Assembly (NCBI GenBank): GCA_028289135.1
Contig: JAQGGW010000005.1
Location: 2,941 to 66,940, forward strand
DNA from: Candidatus Saccharimonadota bacterium
GTDB taxonomy: Bacteria > Patescibacteriota > Saccharimonadia > Saccharimonadales > JACDBH01
DNA length: 64,000 nt
Direction: 5' to 3'
Numbering within the stretch: position 1 is the stretch's first letter; every line of letters starts with the position of its first letter. Under the pieces are notes generated by a model. The model saw only the letters and a list, made by a program, of their open reading frames with translations. It was not told where the DNA came from and did not search any database. Positions 63,248 to 64,000 of the stretch are shown here, one piece after another. A program made the position numbers and the translations under genes.

Positions 63248-63258
63248 AGGTAATTATG
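63248..63258 (+). repeat. Right copy of the 11-nt direct repeat AGGTAATTATG
   Basis: Identical to 52601-52611. It lies in the intergenic region after the last island gene. Confidence 0.3.
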
Positions 63259-63310
63259 GCAAAAGGTATGTAATTTCTATTCCTCTCTCAGTTCAGATAA
63301 ACTTATAGCT

Positions 63311-63982
63311 ATGGTCCGACATCACATCCAAAATGAAATTTTGTACCGGCTGAGTTTTGATGAGTCTTTGCGGTTTAGCGAGCTGAAGCCGACGGAGCTT
63401 GAAAACAAGCTTTTTGATTACCATTTGAAGCAGCTTATTAAAGACGGTTTGGTGCAAAAAAGTGAGGATGGAGCTTACACACTAACACCAGATGGCAAGA
63501 GAATGGGCGTGACTGTTTTTGATGACCAGCTGAGCAAGGCCAAAATGCCACGGTCGGTTTTGTTTTTGGTCATACGGCGCAAAAGCGACAATGCTTGGCT
63601 TTTGTACAAACGCTCCACTCATCCGCTAAAAGACTTGGCAGGATTTATGCACCTAACGGCCGAAGCAGACAAAACGTTGAATGACGGCGCGCACGAGCAA
63701 GTAAAAGAACGCACCGGTCTGGACTGCAGCTTTACGCCGCTTGGCGGAGGATTCTTTAAAACCTTTAGAGGCGACAAGCTCGAAAGCTTTACTAACTTTA
63801 CGCTTCTGGTTTGTGAAGATGCAAAAGGGGAATTAGTTCCCAACGACGACAGGGCAGAGTATTTTTGGGCTACCGACCCTGACTTCGCCGCGCCGGATAT
63901 GCTGCCAAACATGGTGACGTTGGTGGACCATTATCAAGCAGGCAAGCCGTTTTTTATTGAGGAAGTTTTTAATATTTCTTAG
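63311..63982 (+). CDS. Winged-helix DNA-binding domain fused to a NUDIX-like domain
   Basis: N-terminal wHTH pattern (LRFSEL...FDYHLKQLIKDGLV) and a C-terminal Nudix-fold-like region with a degenerate box. Confidence 0.65.
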   Translation: MVRHHIQNEILYRLSFDESLRFSELKPTELENKLFDYHLKQLIKDGLVQKSEDGAYTLTPDGKRMGVTVFDDQLSKAKMPRSVLFLVIRRKSDNAWLLYKRSTHPLKDLAGFMHLTAEADKTLNDGAHEQVKERTGLDCSFTPLGGGFFKTFRGDKLESFTNFTLLVCEDAKGELVPNDDRAEYFWATDPDFAAPDMLPNMVTLVDHYQAGKPFFIEEVFNIS

Positions 63983-64000
63983 GCCTCAACCGGTGGTTGA

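Noticed and set aside
1-64000. CRISPR arrays, transposases, integrases, prophage structural genes and rRNA genes
   Set aside because: I looked for regularly spaced direct repeats, DDE or tyrosine/serine recombinase motifs and rRNA signatures while reading both strands. None was found in this window.

Overview
This 64-kb window comes from a compact, gene-dense bacterial genome that uses the standard genetic code. I estimate about 48-50% GC by eye. The gene content suggests a CPR/Patescibacteria, Saccharibacteria-like organism: Kup, LemA/HtpX, a murF-ddl-alr D-Ala branch, a compact MetK, and many small membrane or secreted hypothetical proteins. That taxonomic assignment is inference only. I support about 76 protein genes, 4 tRNAs (Cys-GCA, Leu-UAA, Ala-GGC, Gln-CUG), one disrupted tRNA-Gln copy, one SAM-I riboswitch, several sigma70-like promoters and intrinsic terminators. 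One ribosomal protein gene, bL32, falls below the ORF-track cutoff. Housekeeping blocks are ligA-rdgB, murF-ddl-alr, leuS, rpmF-nusB-nudix-rnc, rpsP-KH-trmD, ahcY with a PfkB kinase, rarA, typA and metK. Three regions look accessory. (i) 34.0-37.3 kb surrounds tRNA-Gln and holds an AT-rich DHCR24/Diminuto-like FAD oxidoreductase, a disrupted tRNA copy and three orphan small ORFs. (ii) 51.7-52.6 kb is a roughly 0.9-kb hairpin-dense interval with no credible ORF. (iii) 52.6-63.2 kb is a defence island. The island holds RadC, a VbhA/Fic toxin-antitoxin pair, and a six-gene, translationally coupled operon. The operon runs hsdR, a fused hsdM-hsdS, an OLD/PARIS-like ABC-ATPase-Toprim protein, DUF2130, GIY-YIG/DUF4357, and a membrane-anchored GIY-YIG. 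This operon is my best candidate for an undescribed composite system. All family assignments rest on motifs I read in the translations and recall from memory. No database search, RNA folding or composition calculation was run.
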